From: Cyanobacteriota bacterium
GTDB lineage: Bacteria > Cyanobacteriota > Cyanobacteriia > Cyanobacteriales > Nostocaceae
DNA: 64,000 nucleotides
Reading direction: 5' to 3'
Assembly: GCA_046045965.1 (NCBI GenBank)
Contig: JBJOKS010000012.1
Location: 64,001 to 128,000 of the forward strand
Positions 63,728-64,000 of the stretch are shown piece by piece. The position numbers and the translations under genes are program-made. Below the pieces are notes generated by a model that was not told the origin of the DNA, did not search any database, and worked only from the letters and a program-made list of their open reading frames with translations. Each line of letters begins with the position of its first letter. The stretch's first letter is position 1.

Positions 63728-64000
63728 ATGTCACTACAGGCAGTTGGAGCATTAGAAACAAAGGGTTTTCCCGCAGTCCTAGCAGCAGCAGACGCGATGG
63801 TAAAAGCTGGCCGAGTCACCCTGGTTGGTTACATCAGAGTTGGTAGCGCCCGGTTTACAGTCAATATCCGTGGTGACGTTTCTGAAGTCAAGGCGGCTAT
63901 GGCTGCTGGTGTAGAAGCCGCAGAAAACGTTTATGGTGGTACTCTCGAATCCTGGGTAATTATTCCCCGTCCCCATGAAAACGTCGAAGCGGTTCTCCCT
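63728..64000 (+). CDS. ccmK4: Carboxysome shell protein CcmK4 (runs off the window)
   Basis: Manual translation [43 protein letters not shown]...IIPRPHENV. Confidence 0.92.
   Translation, partial: MSLQAVGALETKGFPAVLAAADAMVKAGRVTLVGYIRVGSARFTVNIRGDVSEVKAAMAAGVEAAENVYGGTLESWVIIPRPHENVEAVLP

Overview
Chromosomal segment of a heterocyst-forming cyanobacterium (Nostocales, Anabaena/Sphaerospermopsis/Dolichospermum-like). This assignment rests on frequent HIP1 octamers (GCGATCGC), abundant STRR heptamer arrays, and the genes ccmK3/K4, nblD, panC-cmk and a nifH-family gene. Most genes are housekeeping: hhoA, ppx, ubiA, ruvX, proB, tlyA, glsA, rlpA, panC-cmk, sodB, hpnA/hpnH, squalene synthase, ABC-F and carboxysome satellite genes. 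Five things stand out. (1) A Mo/alternative-nitrogenase regulatory island at about 45.4-55.3 kb: PEP-CTERM protein, porin, modA, a stand-alone nifH with a C-terminal tail, mop and a VnfR-like regulator. It contains an unannotated decayed second VnfR copy whose promoter and structured leader have been kept, and a 17-bp palindrome that occurs three times. (2) An MmeI-like restriction-modification gene bracketed by two ~350-bp promoter-carrying direct repeats; they belong to a MITE-like family that also borders other accessory genes. (3) A papain-fold toxin/partner pair between 32-bp direct repeats. (4) A class I lysyl-tRNA synthetase. (5) Many nested miniature elements, some translated in frame inside core genes. 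No rRNA, tRNA, CRISPR array or intact transposase was seen. All calls come from motif recognition by eye; no database search was run.
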